A stretch of 64,000 nucleotides of DNA from an uncultured Chloroflexia bacterium (lineage in GTDB: Bacteria > Chloroflexota > Anaerolineae > CG2-30-64-16), in NCBI GenBank assembly GCA_963774265.1, contig CAVZDU010000003.1, forward strand, positions 128,001 to 192,000, read 5' to 3'. Position 1 is the stretch's first letter, and each line of letters opens with the position of its first letter. The notes beneath the pieces were generated by a model. It saw only the letters and a program-made list of their open reading frames with translations. It was not told the DNA's origin and made no database searches. Position numbers and translations under genes: made by a program. Of this stretch, positions 51,302-64,000 are shown piece by piece.

Positions 51302-52515
51302 CTACAGCCCCGCAGCCTTCTTCAGCGCGGCCACCTTGTCCAGCTTCTCCCACGGCGCGTCGATGTCGGTGCGGCCGAAGTGGCCGTACGCCGCAGTCGC
51401 CTGGTAGATCGGCCGGCGCAGGTCCAGGTCGCGGATGATCGCGGCCGGGCGCAGGTCAAAGTTGATCGTGGATCAGCTGGACGATGCACTCGTCGCTGAC
51501 CTTGCCGGTCCCGAACGTTTCGACGGCGATGCTCACGGGGCGGGCCACGCCGATCGCGTAGCTGACCTGGATCTCCAGGCGGTCGGCGACGCCCGCGGCG
51601 ACCAGGTTCTTGGCGACGTAGCGCATCATATAGGATGCGGAGCGGTCAACCTTCGTCGGGTCCTTGCCCGAGAAGCAGCCGCCACCGTGGCGGGCTACGC
51701 CGCCGTAGGTGTCCACGATGATCTTGCGACCGGTCAGGCCGGTGTCGCCGGCAGGACCACCGATCACGAATCGGCCGGTCGGGTTGATGTAGATCTTGGT
51801 GTGCCTTATCGAGATAGCCGTTGGGCACGACGTACTTGATCACCCGGTCGTACATGTCCTTCTCGATCTTGGCATGGTCGACGTCGGGGCTGTGCTGCGT
51901 CGAGATGACGATCGTGTCCACGCGGACCGGCTTGCCGTTGTGGTACTCGACCGTGACCTGGCTCTTGCCGTCGGGCCGCAGGTACGGCAGGGTGCCGTCC
52001 TTGCGCACGGCTGCGAGGCGCCGGCAGAGCTTGTGCGCGAGGTCGATCGACAGCGGCATGTAGCTCTCGGTCTCGTTGCACGCAAACCCGAACATCATGC
52101 CCTGGTCGCCCGCGCCGGTCGCCTCGATCAGCGCATCGGCCGCCTCGCCGTGCTTGGTCTCCCAGTTCTGGTCCACGCCGAGCGCGATGTCGGGGCTCTG
52201 CTCTTTGATGCTCACCATCACGCCGCAGGTGTCGGCATCGAAACCGTACTTGGCGCGGGTGTAGCCGATCTCGCGCACGGTGTCGCGTACGACGGCCGGG
52301 ATGTCCACGTATGTCTTGGTCGTGATCTCGCCCATCACGACGACCATGCCGGTCGTCGCGAAGGTCTCGCACGCCACGCGGGCGTTCGGGTCGTCTTTGA
52401 TGATCGAATCCAGGACGGCATCCGAGATCTGGTCGCACATCTTGTCCGGGTGACCCTCGGTCACCGATTCCGAGGTGAAGAAGAACTTCGGCGAACTTGC
52501 GAAGGTGGTTGTCAT
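51302..52515 (-). CDS. metK: S-adenosylmethionine synthetase (frameshifts near 51800 and 51460)
   Basis: [64 protein letters not shown] and PWEKLDK. Confidence 0.95.
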
Positions 52516-52621
52516 GGACTAGCTCCTCTTGGAGATGTATTGCACGATCGAAGATTGAAGATCGACGAAGTACTGGAAGGTGAGCGGCAAATCTTCCATC
52601 TTCCATCTGTTCTTCTTCAAC

Positions 52622-54944
<2,323 letters not shown>

Positions 54945-55860
54945 GTTACTCCCCAGGCTGTTCGTCTGCAGAAGCCTCTGCTCCGCCAATCGACAATACT
55001 CTTCCGACACGTCATACCCCACATATCGCCGCCCGGTCATCACCGCGGCCACCGCCGTCGACCCCGAACCCATGAACGGGTCCAGCACGACGTCGCCCGG
55101 CTTCGTGTAGAGCAGCATCAGCCGGCGGGGCAGCTCCTCAGGGAAGGGCGCAGGATGCTCCACGCTCGTTTCCGTGGTCATCTCCCAGACGGTCTCGCCC
55201 TGCTCCGGCAGACTGGCCCCACACCGACCGGGCGATGGATTCGGCAATCCAGGCGTCATCCTTGTCGCGGCGCCGGGCATCGGCCAGCTTGGCAAGGATC
55301 TTGCGCTCCAGTTCCTTGAGCTTCTCCTCTGGCCGCCAGATGCTGCGTGTCCACGCCACAAACTCGTTGCCCGTGATGCCGGTGAGTCCGCGGCTATCCA
55401 GCCGGAGTTGATCCTTACTCCAAATCGTGATGTATTCGTGAACGTCGCGCAGAGTGGGGTTGCTCGACTGCCGGAAGCTACCCCAGGCTGTGCTGATCCC
55501 CGCGGAGGCCCCTTTGTGCCAGATGATGTGCCCCCGGTGCAGCCATGTGCACTCGCTCGTGCGCAACTGCTCGTCGATCAGGCTCACCAGCGACAGGTAC
55601 GGCTTGCGGTCCGTGTTCGCGACGTTGACGCACAGCCGCCCGCCCGGCGCCAGCACCCGATGGCATTCCCGCCACACCGCATCGAGCATAGCCAGGTACT
55701 CGTCCAGGCTCAGGCTGTCGTTGTGGTCGGTGTAGTCCTTGGCGACATTGTACGGCGGCGAAGTAACCACAAGTTGCACGGCGCGGTCGGGCACGGCACG
55801 CATGTCACGTGCATCCGCACAGAAAATCCGATCCAACCAGGGCTGCTCTTCCGAATTCAC
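54945..55860 (-). CDS. Beta-class N4-C/N6-A site-specific DNA methyltransferase (frameshift near 55200)
   Basis: Motif [42 protein letters not shown] and motif [16 protein letters not shown]. Confidence 0.85.
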
Positions 55861-55878
55861 GTGTTCTCCGACAAGACC

Positions 55879-56971
55879 CTAAACCCCCGAGGTCTCAGAG
55901 ACCTCGGAGATTTGTGTGCGCCGCCGCGCTTCGGCCGCCTCAACTGCCCGTCGCAAACTCATCTCAAATGGCGGGTAGCAGACGCCCTCTTCCGTGATGA
56001 TCCCGGTGAGATAGCGGTGGGGCGTCACGTCGAAGGCCGGGTTGTAGACCGGCACGTTGTCCGGTGCGATCTGCTCGCTGCCCACCTTCGCCACTTCCTC
56101 CCAGCCCCGCTCCTCGATGGGGATCAGGTCGCCGTGCGCCAGGCTGAGGTCGATCGTCGGCGTGGGCACGACGGAGTAGCATGGGATGCCGTTCTCCTTC
56201 GCCAAGACCGCCAACTTGTACGAGCCGATCTTATTTGCCACGTCGCCGTTGGCCGCTACCCGGTCCGCGCCGTACAGCACCACCTGCACCCGGCCCAACC
56301 GCATCAACATGCCCGCGGCATTGTCTGCAATCAGGGTTATGGGGATGTTGTCCTGCATGAGCTCCCACGCGGTCAGCCGCGCGCCTTGCAGCCGGGGCCG
56401 CGTCTCGTCGGCCCACACGTGTATGTTTTTGCCCTGGGCGTGGGCCGACCGCACCACGCCGAGCGTCGTGCCATAGTCTACGGTTGCCAGCGAGCCTGCG
56501 TTGCAGTGGGTGAGGATATTCGCCGCCCTGCGGGATGATCTCCGCACCGAACGCGCCCATGCGCCGGTTGATCTCCACATCCTCGTCCGCGATGCGCTGC
56601 GCCTCGGCCACGATGGCGGAGCGGATGTCGTCGACGTTGGGCAGCACGAGATGGCCCGCATAGTCCATGACCCGGCTCGTCGCCCAGCTCAGGTTCACCG
56701 CGGTCGGCCGAGCCGCGTCAAGCGCCTGCTTCGCGTGCCTCAGGTCGCTGAGCAATCCGTCGCGGTCCATCGCCGGGCTGCGGAGGGCTGCCAGCGCCAT
56801 CCCGAAACCGCCGGCTGCGCCGATCGCCGGCGCGCCGCGCACGACCATGTCGGTGATGGCGGCAGCCACATCACGGTGGTCGTCGTAGGTCAGGATTTTG
56901 TATTCCAGCGGCAGGATCCGCTGGTCGATCATCTTGAGCTGATTATCTTCCCACCACAGGGTGCGAGGCAT
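55879..56971 (-). CDS. mtnA: S-methyl-5-thioribose-1-phosphate isomerase (frameshift near 56525)
   Basis: [64 protein letters not shown] and NPAFDVTP. Confidence 0.9.
55881..55913. repeat. CCGAGGTCT/AGACCTCGG REP-like hairpin forming the last codons of mtnA
   Basis: AAACCCCCGAGGTCTCAGAGACCTCGGAGATTT, translated as [11 protein letters not shown]. Confidence 0.65.
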
Positions 56972-56986
56972 AAGGCGCGCTCTCCG

Positions 56987-57018
56987 GAAAATAAAAATGC
57001 CCTCCGAGAGGAGGGCAC
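56987..57018 (-). terminator. Riboswitch expression-platform terminator
   Basis: Minus strand TGCCCTCC-TCTC-GGAGGGCA followed by TTTTTATTTT, just upstream of mtnA. Confidence 0.75.
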
Positions 57019-57044
57019 ATAAGCATGGCAGAGCTGAGGCCGAC

Positions 57045-57245
57045 CTCTCATCTTCCAGACGCTTCACGGCGGTCGCAGACCGGCGGAATACGCTGACGGA
57101 ATTGGCACCTGCCGGGACGTCCCGACCGAGGCTCCGCCGCCCTCACACAGCTTTCGCTGTGCGCGTGCGTCGCAACCGGTCTCCGGGGCTCCAGGTGGTT
57201 GCCGGGGGTTCACAGGGCCGATCCCTCCCCCCCTCTGGATGAGTT
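57045..57245 (-). promoter_or_regulatory. SAM-I (S-box) riboswitch with expanded P3
   Basis: Minus strand CTCATCCAGAG-GGGGGAGGGA-TCGGCCCTGTGAACCCCCGGCAACC...AGGTGCCAATTCC...GGAAGATGAG, upstream of mtnA-ahcY-metK. Confidence 0.9.
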
Positions 57246-57473
57246 GTCCAGGTTTAGTTTGTCAAATGGACCACTAGCGGGTCACACGAAATGCAACTTT
57301 AGCACAGAAGGGGCGGAGTGTCAAAGTTGCCGGGTAGATTTCTTGTCACGGTCATCGTGCCGCTTAGATAAGTTGACGAATTGTGATTGTGCGTACATGG
57401 TGACTTGTAATACTTCATGAAATGCCTATTCGCAGTATGTTGGTTCCACGTTAATCTTCAAGGAGGTATTCCT

Positions 57474-58085
57474 GTGGCTGACATGAGTCGCGTTCAACAA
57501 CGAAACCGCGCGCAGTTCGATGACCCACCATTTGCGAAGGCACTTTTCAACGACACGAGATGGTCCTGGCTCTGGTTGCTCTTGCGCCTGTACCTGGGCT
57601 ACACCTGGCTGACCTCGGGCCTGGGCAAACTGCGCAATCCGGCCTGGGTGCAGACCGGCGACGCGCTGAAGGGATTCTGGACAAATGCTGTGGCCGTTCC
57701 AGCGCCGCCCGCGTGGCCTGCGATCGTTTTTGAATGGTACCGGTCCTTCCTTCAGGCGCTGCTCAACGGCGGCACCTACATGTGGTTCGCCAAATTGGTG
57801 ACCGCGGCAGAGCTCTTGATCGGTGTTGCACTGATCCTGGGTATTTTCACGGGCATTGCGGCTTTCTTCGGAGGCTTCATGAACTGGAACTTTATGCTGG
57901 CCGGCTCAGCCAGCACCAATCCACTGTTGTTCCTCTTCGCGGTGTTGCTCATTCTGGCTTGGAAGACGGCTGGATGGTGGGGCCTGGATCGCTGGGTGCT
58001 GCCTCTGGTGGGCACCCCCTGGAGTCCAGGCACGATCTTCGATCGGGAGTCGGCGGCAGAGGCTCACCAACGGGTCTCCAGCTAG
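57474..58085 (+). CDS. DoxX family membrane protein (thiosulfate:quinone oxidoreductase DoxD-like)
   Basis: AGGAGG RBS then GTG. LRLYLGYTWLTSGLGKL, ELLIGVALILG, MNWNFMLAGSASTNP and AGWWGLDRW. Confidence 0.85.
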   Translation: MADMSRVQQRNRAQFDDPPFAKALFNDTRWSWLWLLLRLYLGYTWLTSGLGKLRNPAWVQTGDALKGFWTNAVAVPAPPAWPAIVFEWYRSFLQALLNGGTYMWFAKLVTAAELLIGVALILGIFTGIAAFFGGFMNWNFMLAGSASTNPLLFLFAVLLILAWKTAGWWGLDRWVLPLVGTPWSPGTIFDRESAAEAHQRVSS

Positions 58086-58108
58086 CCGCTACAGGTTCCA
58101 GCATCGTA

Positions 58109-58140
58109 GAGGAGCTGTCTGGCTAACCAGGCAGCTCCTC
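58109..58140 (+). terminator. Hairpin terminator after the DoxX gene
   Basis: GAGGAGCTGTCTGG-CTAA-CCAGGCAGCTCCTC. Confidence 0.5.
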
Positions 58141-58268
58141 CCGCGTCAACCTCTTCCGGGACGTCGTTTGCCGTCCAGCTCCTCTTTCGTATACCGACAG
58201 AATCAAATCTCATAGACTAAGTCGACATTATCTTACAGTTCTTTTGGATATGGTCAGTATACTATGTC

Positions 58269-58297
58269 TTGACATTTCCTCGAAATGGTGATAACAT
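58269..58297 (+). promoter_or_regulatory. Sigma70 promoter upstream of the cytochrome c peroxidase
   Basis: TTGACA-17-TAACAT with an extended TG. Confidence 0.6.
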
Positions 58298-58519
58298 GTA
58301 CTAACATGCCTTGAAGTAGAAACTGCACTTGCGACTGTCGAAAGGGCCTGGAACGACCTCGAACGGCCCGGCGCCCGGCAAAGCGAAGATGGCTGGCTCG
58401 AGTTCGTGTTGGCGGTAGGCCGACACTGGCAGAAAGGAGGTGACGCCGAAAACGGAATTCCTGAAGCTTGGCGTTGAAGTTGTCCCCTATTCGCCTGGCA
58501 TTCCGAAGGAGGAACCACC

Positions 58520-59691
58520 ATGCGCAGACGAAGCATCCTCGCACTGGCGCTCACGGCGGCAGCTGTCTTGCTGTTGATTGTCGCGGGCGCTTCCGCTCAA
58601 GGCGGCCTGACTGACCAGGAAAGGTTGGGCGAGGCCCTGTTCTTCGACGAGAACCTATCCCTCAACGGCAACCAATCGTGCGCCACCTGTCACGCGCCGG
58701 AGGTGGGCTGGACCGGCCCCCATGCCGACATCAACGCTCATGGGGCGGTCTACGAAGGCTCCATCCCGGGCGCCTTCGGCAACCGCAAGCCGCCTGCTTC
58801 CGCCTATGCCGGCGACAGCCCGGTGCTTCATCAAGACGCTGACGGGCTTTGGGTGGGCGGCATGTTCTGGGACGGCCGGGCCACAGGCTGGACTCTCGGC
58901 GATCCGCTGGCCGAACAGGCCCAGGGCCCCTTCCTGAATCCGAAGGAGCAAGCGCTTTCGGGCCGCCGCAAGCCGTGATCGAGATCGCCAAGGCATCGGA
59001 CGTGTATGCGGATCTGTTTGACGCTCAGTGCGACCCCGAGGACACAGCCACCACCGAAGCAATCTACAACTGCATCGGCTACTCAATCGCCGCCTACGAG
59101 CGCTCTTCCGAGGTCAGCCCGTTCACGTCCAAGTACGACTACTGGCTGAAGGGCCAGGCCAAGCTGACTGACCAGGAGTTGTGGGGCCTCGAGCTGTTCA
59201 ACGGCAAGGCCATGTGCTCCGCCTGCCACCTCAGCGAGGGCCCGCGCCCGCTGTTCACCGACTTCACCTACGACAACCTGGGCATCCCGAAGAACCCGGA
59301 GAACCCAGCCACCATCGCAAACCCACTCTGGGCGGATCCGGGACTGGGAGGTTTTCTCAAGAGCCTGAACGACTCGGAGATAGATTGGGAGGCAGAGTTG
59401 GGCAAGCACAAGGTGCCGACTCTGCGCAACGTGGATCTGCGCCCCTACAAGAAGTTTGTGAAGGCGTACGGTCACAACGGCTACTTCAAGAGCCTGTTGG
59501 AGATCGTCCACTTCTACAACACGAGGGATGTTCCCCGTGAGGGCTGGCCGGCTCCCGAAGTGCCGCAGACCATTAATACCGATGAGCTTGGCAACCTGGG
59601 CCTCACCCGCGGCGAGGAGAACGCCATCGTGGCGTTCATGAAGACCCTCTCCGACGGCTACATGCCTCCGGGCAGGTGGGGCCAGAAGTAA
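58520..59691 (+). CDS. Di-heme cytochrome c peroxidase/MauG family exported protein (frameshift near 58960)
   Basis: Signal peptide, LGEALFFDENLS, CATCH, FWDGRA, QAQGPFLNP, CSACH, KVPTLRNV and YGHNGYF. Confidence 0.85.
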
Positions 59692-59959
59692 AATGGCGAT
59701 CCACTGACGGGTTTCGGTGGCCGCGCCTCAGGGAACGAGGCGCTGCCACCCTAACCGCTAAGTTGGGCAGCCTCCAAAAGTAGAGGCCCGGTTTCCGCAA
59801 GGGAATCGGACCTCTCGTCGTGTGTCTCGGCGCCGTCAGTAGTCAGTATTCTGCCTACTCCTTATCAGCGGCGTGTAACCGGGATTTAACGATGGGGGTG
59901 AAAAGCAGCTAACGCCCCGAAGTCGAAATGTGCGCACCCGGCGACGACTTGGGCTTAAG

Positions 59960-61262
59960 CAGGGTGATTTCATAGTGCGGGTGCGCCGAATAAATGCAGG
60001 GCGCGTTGCGGATGGGCTGCGTAGCAACGGGTGGCGGCTGCGAGATTGCTCCAGCCGTGAAAGCGCAATGTGGACACGACGGCGTTACGGATGGCCGCCA
60101 GGGCTTGGGCTGCGGCGCCGGAATGCACTTGACAGCGGTCTTCACCGAACGTTTCGTCGCGGACATAGTGTAAGCGATTCTCGATGGTCCAGTGGCCCCG
60201 CCAGATCTGCTCCAACTGAGGCGGGCCCGCCAAAGTGGCCGGCAAACTGGTCAACCCATAAGTGACCTCGGTTTCGTATTTGCCGGTGCGCTCGTGAATG
60301 CGCCGGCACGTGCGCCGCATCACTTGTGCCACGCCAGGCCACGTGAGGTATTCATTCAGGGCCGTGGTCGTGACCAGTGTCCGCCGTTCCCAGCGCCCAT
60401 GCGCCTTGTCGGTCGTACGGTTGGACGCACGCTCACCCGGCTGGCGTGGTAGGGGTGGTTCGTCGAAGACCAACTGGGCGGCCCAGTAGAGCGTCGGCTG
60501 ATTCTTCTTGAGGATCATCAGGTAGTGGCCCCCCTGATCCAGGATTTGTTGGGCGAGGTGGCGCTGCGTCAGCAGGGCATCCATCGTGGTGATGGTGCCG
60601 GTCAGATCGCGACCGGCCAACAAGATCGGAACGGCCGTGATCTCATTGGTTTTGACATCCACGGCCGCTTGGCCCAGGACATAGGCGCTCTCATGGCGCA
60701 CGAGACTGACCAGAAAGGTATGCTGCCCGTGGGCGCTGGCCCCGCGCGACATCCTTGCCGTCGACCGCCTGGGCGCGCAGCACCTGACCCTGGCGTAGCC
60801 GAATGGCGCCGCAGGAGACATCCGCCTGATCGAGCGCCTGATGGTACGCCGCCACTTGCTGCTCCAGGGTGCGCATGTCGATGTAGGCCACCAACCGCCG
60901 CCAGGTCGCCGCACTGGGAATGCGGGGACAGGCCGGCTGCAGGGTGGTCAGCAGCTCGCTGCGATGGTCGTGCGCCCAACAAACCATCGCCAGCACGCTC
61001 GTTTGGCCGGCGGCCACTGCCGCCGCCAGCAACGCCAACAGATACGCCCAGGCAAAGCGGCGGCCGCGGGTACCGCGAAAGTCCGGAACTTGGCTCAGGT
61101 AGGCCAGCAAGGTAGACTGCAGTGGATCCATCGGGACGAACCTCCTTGTGATTGCTGTCACTGAGATTCTAACCGCTGGATCCTTGCCTGGCCCACGTGT
61201 GGATGCCGAATTGCCACAAGCGCTGCTACCTGCCGCCTCGGCCGCAACATGACTTCGCCCTG
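59960..61262 (-). mobile_element. ISAs1-family insertion sequence
   Basis: Imperfect IRs CAGGGTGATTTCAT / ATGACTTCGCCCTG. 9-bp target duplication GGGCTTAAG (59951-59959, 61263-61271). Confidence 0.9.
59970..61161 (-). CDS. ISAs1 transposase (frameshift near 60750)
   Basis: VPDFRGTRGRRF, AVDGK, KTNEITAVP, TMDALLTQ, LKKNQPTL, HGRWERR and RGHWTIENRLHYVRDETFGED. Confidence 0.9.
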
Positions 61263-61280
61263 GGGCTTAAGTGCGACCCA

Positions 61281-61309
61281 TTGACGCCTCCCTCCACCGG
61301 CGCGATAAT
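61281..61309 (+). promoter_or_regulatory. Promoter for the GEVED protein gene
   Basis: TTGACG-17-GATAAT. Confidence 0.5.
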
Positions 61310-61390
61310 GTGCGCACCTGATCCACCCGCCGCATATCGCTGCCGGCATCGTCTCCCTCGCGGCCACGTTCATCCCGAAGGAGGCGCTCC

Positions 61391-63592
61391 ATGGGACGCA
61401 AGTGCACCTTCATCGTGTTGATGGTTCTGGTGCTGACCGCTGCCGTCATGCTCAGCGGAGCAGGCGCCAGCGCACCTTTCCGAGCCGACCCGGCCGGACC
61501 GGTGCAGGACTATGTTTCCGCACTATCGGCAGGTGATCCTCAACTTCTCGACCTGGATTTCGGCGACGCTCCCGACTCGCCGGCGAGTCCCCGCTACCCC
61601 ACGCTAAACGCCAACATCGGCGCGCGTCACGGGATCGTTCAAGGCTTTATGCTGGGCGCGGCGATCGATGCGGATCCCGACGGCCAGCCGGATGCCAACG
61701 CGGCGGGGGACGATAGCGACCTGGAAGGCGACGACGAGGACGGCGTGACGATCCTCAACCTGCTCATGCCGGGCCAGCAGGCGTGCGTGGATGTCTACCT
61801 CACCAACACGACCTCGCCACCGCTCACCGCGCTTCTCTATGCCTGGGTCGACTTCGACAACGACGGCGCCTGGGATGATTCGACGACCTCTGCGGAACGG
61901 ATCTTCAGCGGCAACGTTCTGAGCGCGGGCAGCAACAACCTCTGCTTCGCGGTGTCCACAGCCGCCACACCAGGCCCCACCTACGCCCGCTTCCGCCTGG
62001 GCAGCTCGGGCGGTATTCCGCCCCAGGGTTGGTTGGGCGACGGCGAGGTCGAGGACTATGAGGTGCGCATCGAGGCGGTCAAGTGGGCGCAGCCGCCAGT
62101 CCTGAACCCCGAGTCTCAACATCCTGGCTGCTACTGGGGCTGGGACGAGCAGTCGGTCTACGGCGTCAAGCCGATCGTCGCGGACGACTGGCCGTGCACG
62201 GACGACCGGCCCGTGACCGACATTCACTGGTGGGGCTCGTATATCGGGTGGGAAAAAGGAATCCCGCCGTCGGACCAGGCGCCTGACAAGTTCCACATCG
62301 GCATCTGGACCGACCAGCCGGTGGACGAGCAACACCCCTTCAGCCACCCCTTGGCAATGGTCTGGCAATACGTTGTCACGCGCGCGGAGCTGGGCGAGCG
62401 CCTGGCCGGGTGTGACTATCACCCGGGGATGATGCAGGAGCCCGACAGCTGCTTCGAGTATCACCTGAGCCTGCCCCAGGAAGCGTGGTTCCACCAGAAG
62501 CCGGGCGAGAACAAGGCCTATTGGCTCAGCATTGCGGCTCAGTACCCCCAGGGGATGCAGCCGGAGAACCCTTGGGGCTGGAAGACACGGCCGCATTACT
62601 TCAACGACGATGCGGTCCGCATCGTCGCGCCGCTCAGGCCGGAGCCCGGCTCAACATGGGAGGATGGCGGGCCGATCACGCTCGACCTGGTGAGTTGGGA
62701 CCTGGCGTTCGTGCTGACGACCGAGCCATACGATTTCGGCGACGCGCCGGATCCGAGTTACCCCACGCTGCTGGCCAGCAACGGCGCGCGCCACGTCCGG
62801 ACAGCGGGCGGGCCGTTTATGGGTCGCTTTGTCGACGCGGAGCCGGACGGCCAGCCCGACGCGGCAGCGACCGGCGACGACAGCAACGGGCTTCCCGACG
62901 AGGATGGCGTGTTCTTCTACTCGCGGCTCGTGCCCGGCCAGGATGCGAACATTGCAGTTTCCCTGGCGCACTCACCCGTCGGCTGCTACTTGACTGCCTG
63001 GATTGACTATAACCGCGACGGTGGCTGGGACAACTCGGCCACATCCGTGGAGCGGATCGTCACCGATGTCCCCGTCAGCGCCGGTCCCGCTCCCCAGATA
63101 TTGCCGACCTTCAAGGTTCCCCCTTATCCGACCAGCGCGATTGGGCTGAGCACCGCCCGCTTCCGCTGCAGCAGTGTAAAGGGCCTGGGCCCGGTCGGCC
63201 CCGCGCCCGACGGCGAGGTGGAGGATTACCGCGTGCAGATCATGGCGCCGCCCGCGGGGCCCGACGTGTCGATCGCCATCGTGAATACCGATGATATCCG
63301 GTTGTCCTGGCCTCAGGTGACAGACATTTACGGAACGAGCATCATCGTGAAGCGCTATTGGATCTACCGCGCAACCCACCCCTACGACGTCGCTCTGCCG
63401 TCCGTGGATGAAATATCGTGGCCGGCCGGCGACGTCACCTGGGATGACGCGAACAAGGTGGGGAATCCGGCGGAAAACTACTTCTACACGGTGGATGCGA
63501 CGCAAGCTGATCTGAATGGTTTCGAGATCTACTCCGCGCGGTCGAACGAGGTGGGGGAGTTCGACTTTGCGTTGGTGCCGGGTGGGTCGTAG
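61391..63592 (+). CDS. Secreted protein with two GEVED domains, a central Trp-rich domain and a C-terminal FN3-like domain
   Basis: Signal peptide, then twice DFGDAPD...DEDGV...WVDF/WIDY...ARFR...GEVEDY. Central VKWAQPP/ADDWPC/DIHWWGSY. Ends with YFYTV...SNEVGEFDFALVPG. Confidence 0.75.
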   Translation: MGRKCTFIVLMVLVLTAAVMLSGAGASAPFRADPAGPVQDYVSALSAGDPQLLDLDFGDAPDSPASPRYPTLNANIGARHGIVQGFMLGAAIDADPDGQPDANAAGDDSDLEGDDEDGVTILNLLMPGQQACVDVYLTNTTSPPLTALLYAWVDFDNDGAWDDSTTSAERIFSGNVLSAGSNNLCFAVSTAATPGPTYARFRLGSSGGIPPQGWLGDGEVEDYEVRIEAVKWAQPPVLNPESQHPGCYWGWDEQSVYGVKPIVADDWPCTDDRPVTDIHWWGSYIGWEKGIPPSDQAPDKFHIGIWTDQPVDEQHPFSHPLAMVWQYVVTRAELGERLAGCDYHPGMMQEPDSCFEYHLSLPQEAWFHQKPGENKAYWLSIAAQYPQGMQPENPWGWKTRPHYFNDDAVRIVAPLRPEPGSTWEDGGPITLDLVSWDLAFVLTTEPYDFGDAPDPSYPTLLASNGARHVRTAGGPFMGRFVDAEPDGQPDAAATGDDSNGLPDEDGVFFYSRLVPGQDANIAVSLAHSPVGCYLTAWIDYNRDGGWDNSATSVERIVTDVPVSAGPAPQILPTFKVPPYPTSAIGLSTARFRCSSVKGLGPVGPAPDGEVEDYRVQIMAPPAGPDVSIAIVNTDDIRLSWPQVTDIYGTSIIVKRYWIYRATHPYDVALPSVDEISWPAGDVTWDDANKVGNPAENYFYTVDATQADLNGFEIYSARSNEVGEFDFALVPGGS

Positions 63593-63726
63593 ACAGGGAG
63601 TAGTCACGCAGGGGAGCACGACGAAAGCTCCTCCTCCGTGTTCTTTTCGGGTGCGTTTCAGTTTGCCCCACACTGAGACGCACCCGCCGCGGTTGACACC
63701 GCGAAGATCGCGGAGGTCAGGGACGA

Positions 63727-64000
63727 TTATCCCGAGTTGATCCGCAGCCAGGCGTACATCAGCACGCCGCCCGCCACCGACACATTCAACGACTCAGCCT
63801 TGCCTCGCATCGGCAGGCTGACCCACCGCGCGATGTGCGGCGTGACGTCGTCGGATAGCCCGCGCGCCTCGTTGCCCAACACCAGCGCACACGGCCCGCG
63901 CAACGCGGTCTCGCCCCACGGCTCGGGGGCGTGTTCGCTCGCGCCGACGAGCGCCAGCCCCTGGCCGGCCAGGTGGCGCAGCGCGACAGGGAGGTCCGCC
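63727..64000 (-). CDS. TrmH/SpoU-family RNA 2'-O-methyltransferase C-terminus (runs off window end)
   Basis: Manual translation ...LVLGNEARGLS...SLPMRGKAESLNVSVAGGVLMY carries SPOUT motifs. Confidence 0.85.
   Translation of the reverse strand, partial: ADLPVALRHLAGQGLALVGASEHAPEPWGETALRGPCALVLGNEARGLSDDVTPHIARWVSLPMRGKAESLNVSVAGGVLMYAWLRINSG

Noticed and set aside
57365-57425. Possible Rex/CRP-like operator upstream of DoxX
   Set aside because: Half-sites only (TTGTGA, TTGTAA), with no convincing palindrome.
59890-59920. GGGGGTGAAAAGCAGCTAAC resembling the c-di-AMP (ydaO) riboswitch
   Set aside because: Only isolated motif fragments are present; the GAATCC and intervening stems are missing.

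Overview
High-GC window, most likely from a Chloroflexota (Anaerolineae/Caldilineae-like) genome. That taxonomy is inferred from gene content and repeat families. (1) 1-1.2 kb: the end of an RsbU/RsbW/RsbV partner-switching module. (2) 1.2-42 kb: a very large surface-glycosylation locus. It has an O-antigen-ligase-like gene and 11 large GT-C-fold membrane glycosyltransferases, most ending in the same beta-sandwich module. It also has a Dol-P-Man-synthase-like GT2, GT2/GT4 enzymes, a polyprenyl synthase and GDP-sugar genes (manB, gmd, rmd, per). Many of these genes carry REP-like palindromic repeats inside their reading frames. (3) 43.9-48.1 kb: a decayed integron (truncated intI, attI, a zinc-finger-Arr cassette, attC sites, and an IS1182 inside an attC). 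It is bracketed by two inverted IS-end remnants and a 7-bp direct repeat. (4) 48.2-50.3 kb: a cysteine desulfurase / DUF3343 / YedF selenium-trafficking operon. Its leader holds a short ORF with an in-frame UGA, a SECIS-like hairpin 11 nt downstream, a 19-bp antiterminator and an intrinsic terminator. This is a candidate selenocysteine-sensing leader-peptide attenuator and the most striking finding. (5) 51.3-57.2 kb: a SAM-I riboswitch-controlled operon (mtnA, orphan DNA methyltransferase, PfkB kinase, ahcY, metK). (6) 57.4-64 kb: DoxX, a di-heme cytochrome c peroxidase, ISAs1, a secreted GEVED protein and a TrmH-family methyltransferase. Frameshifts are common even in housekeeping genes (metK, ahcY, manB), so most are probably sequencing indels. 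All family assignments come from recognising motifs by eye; no database searches were run.
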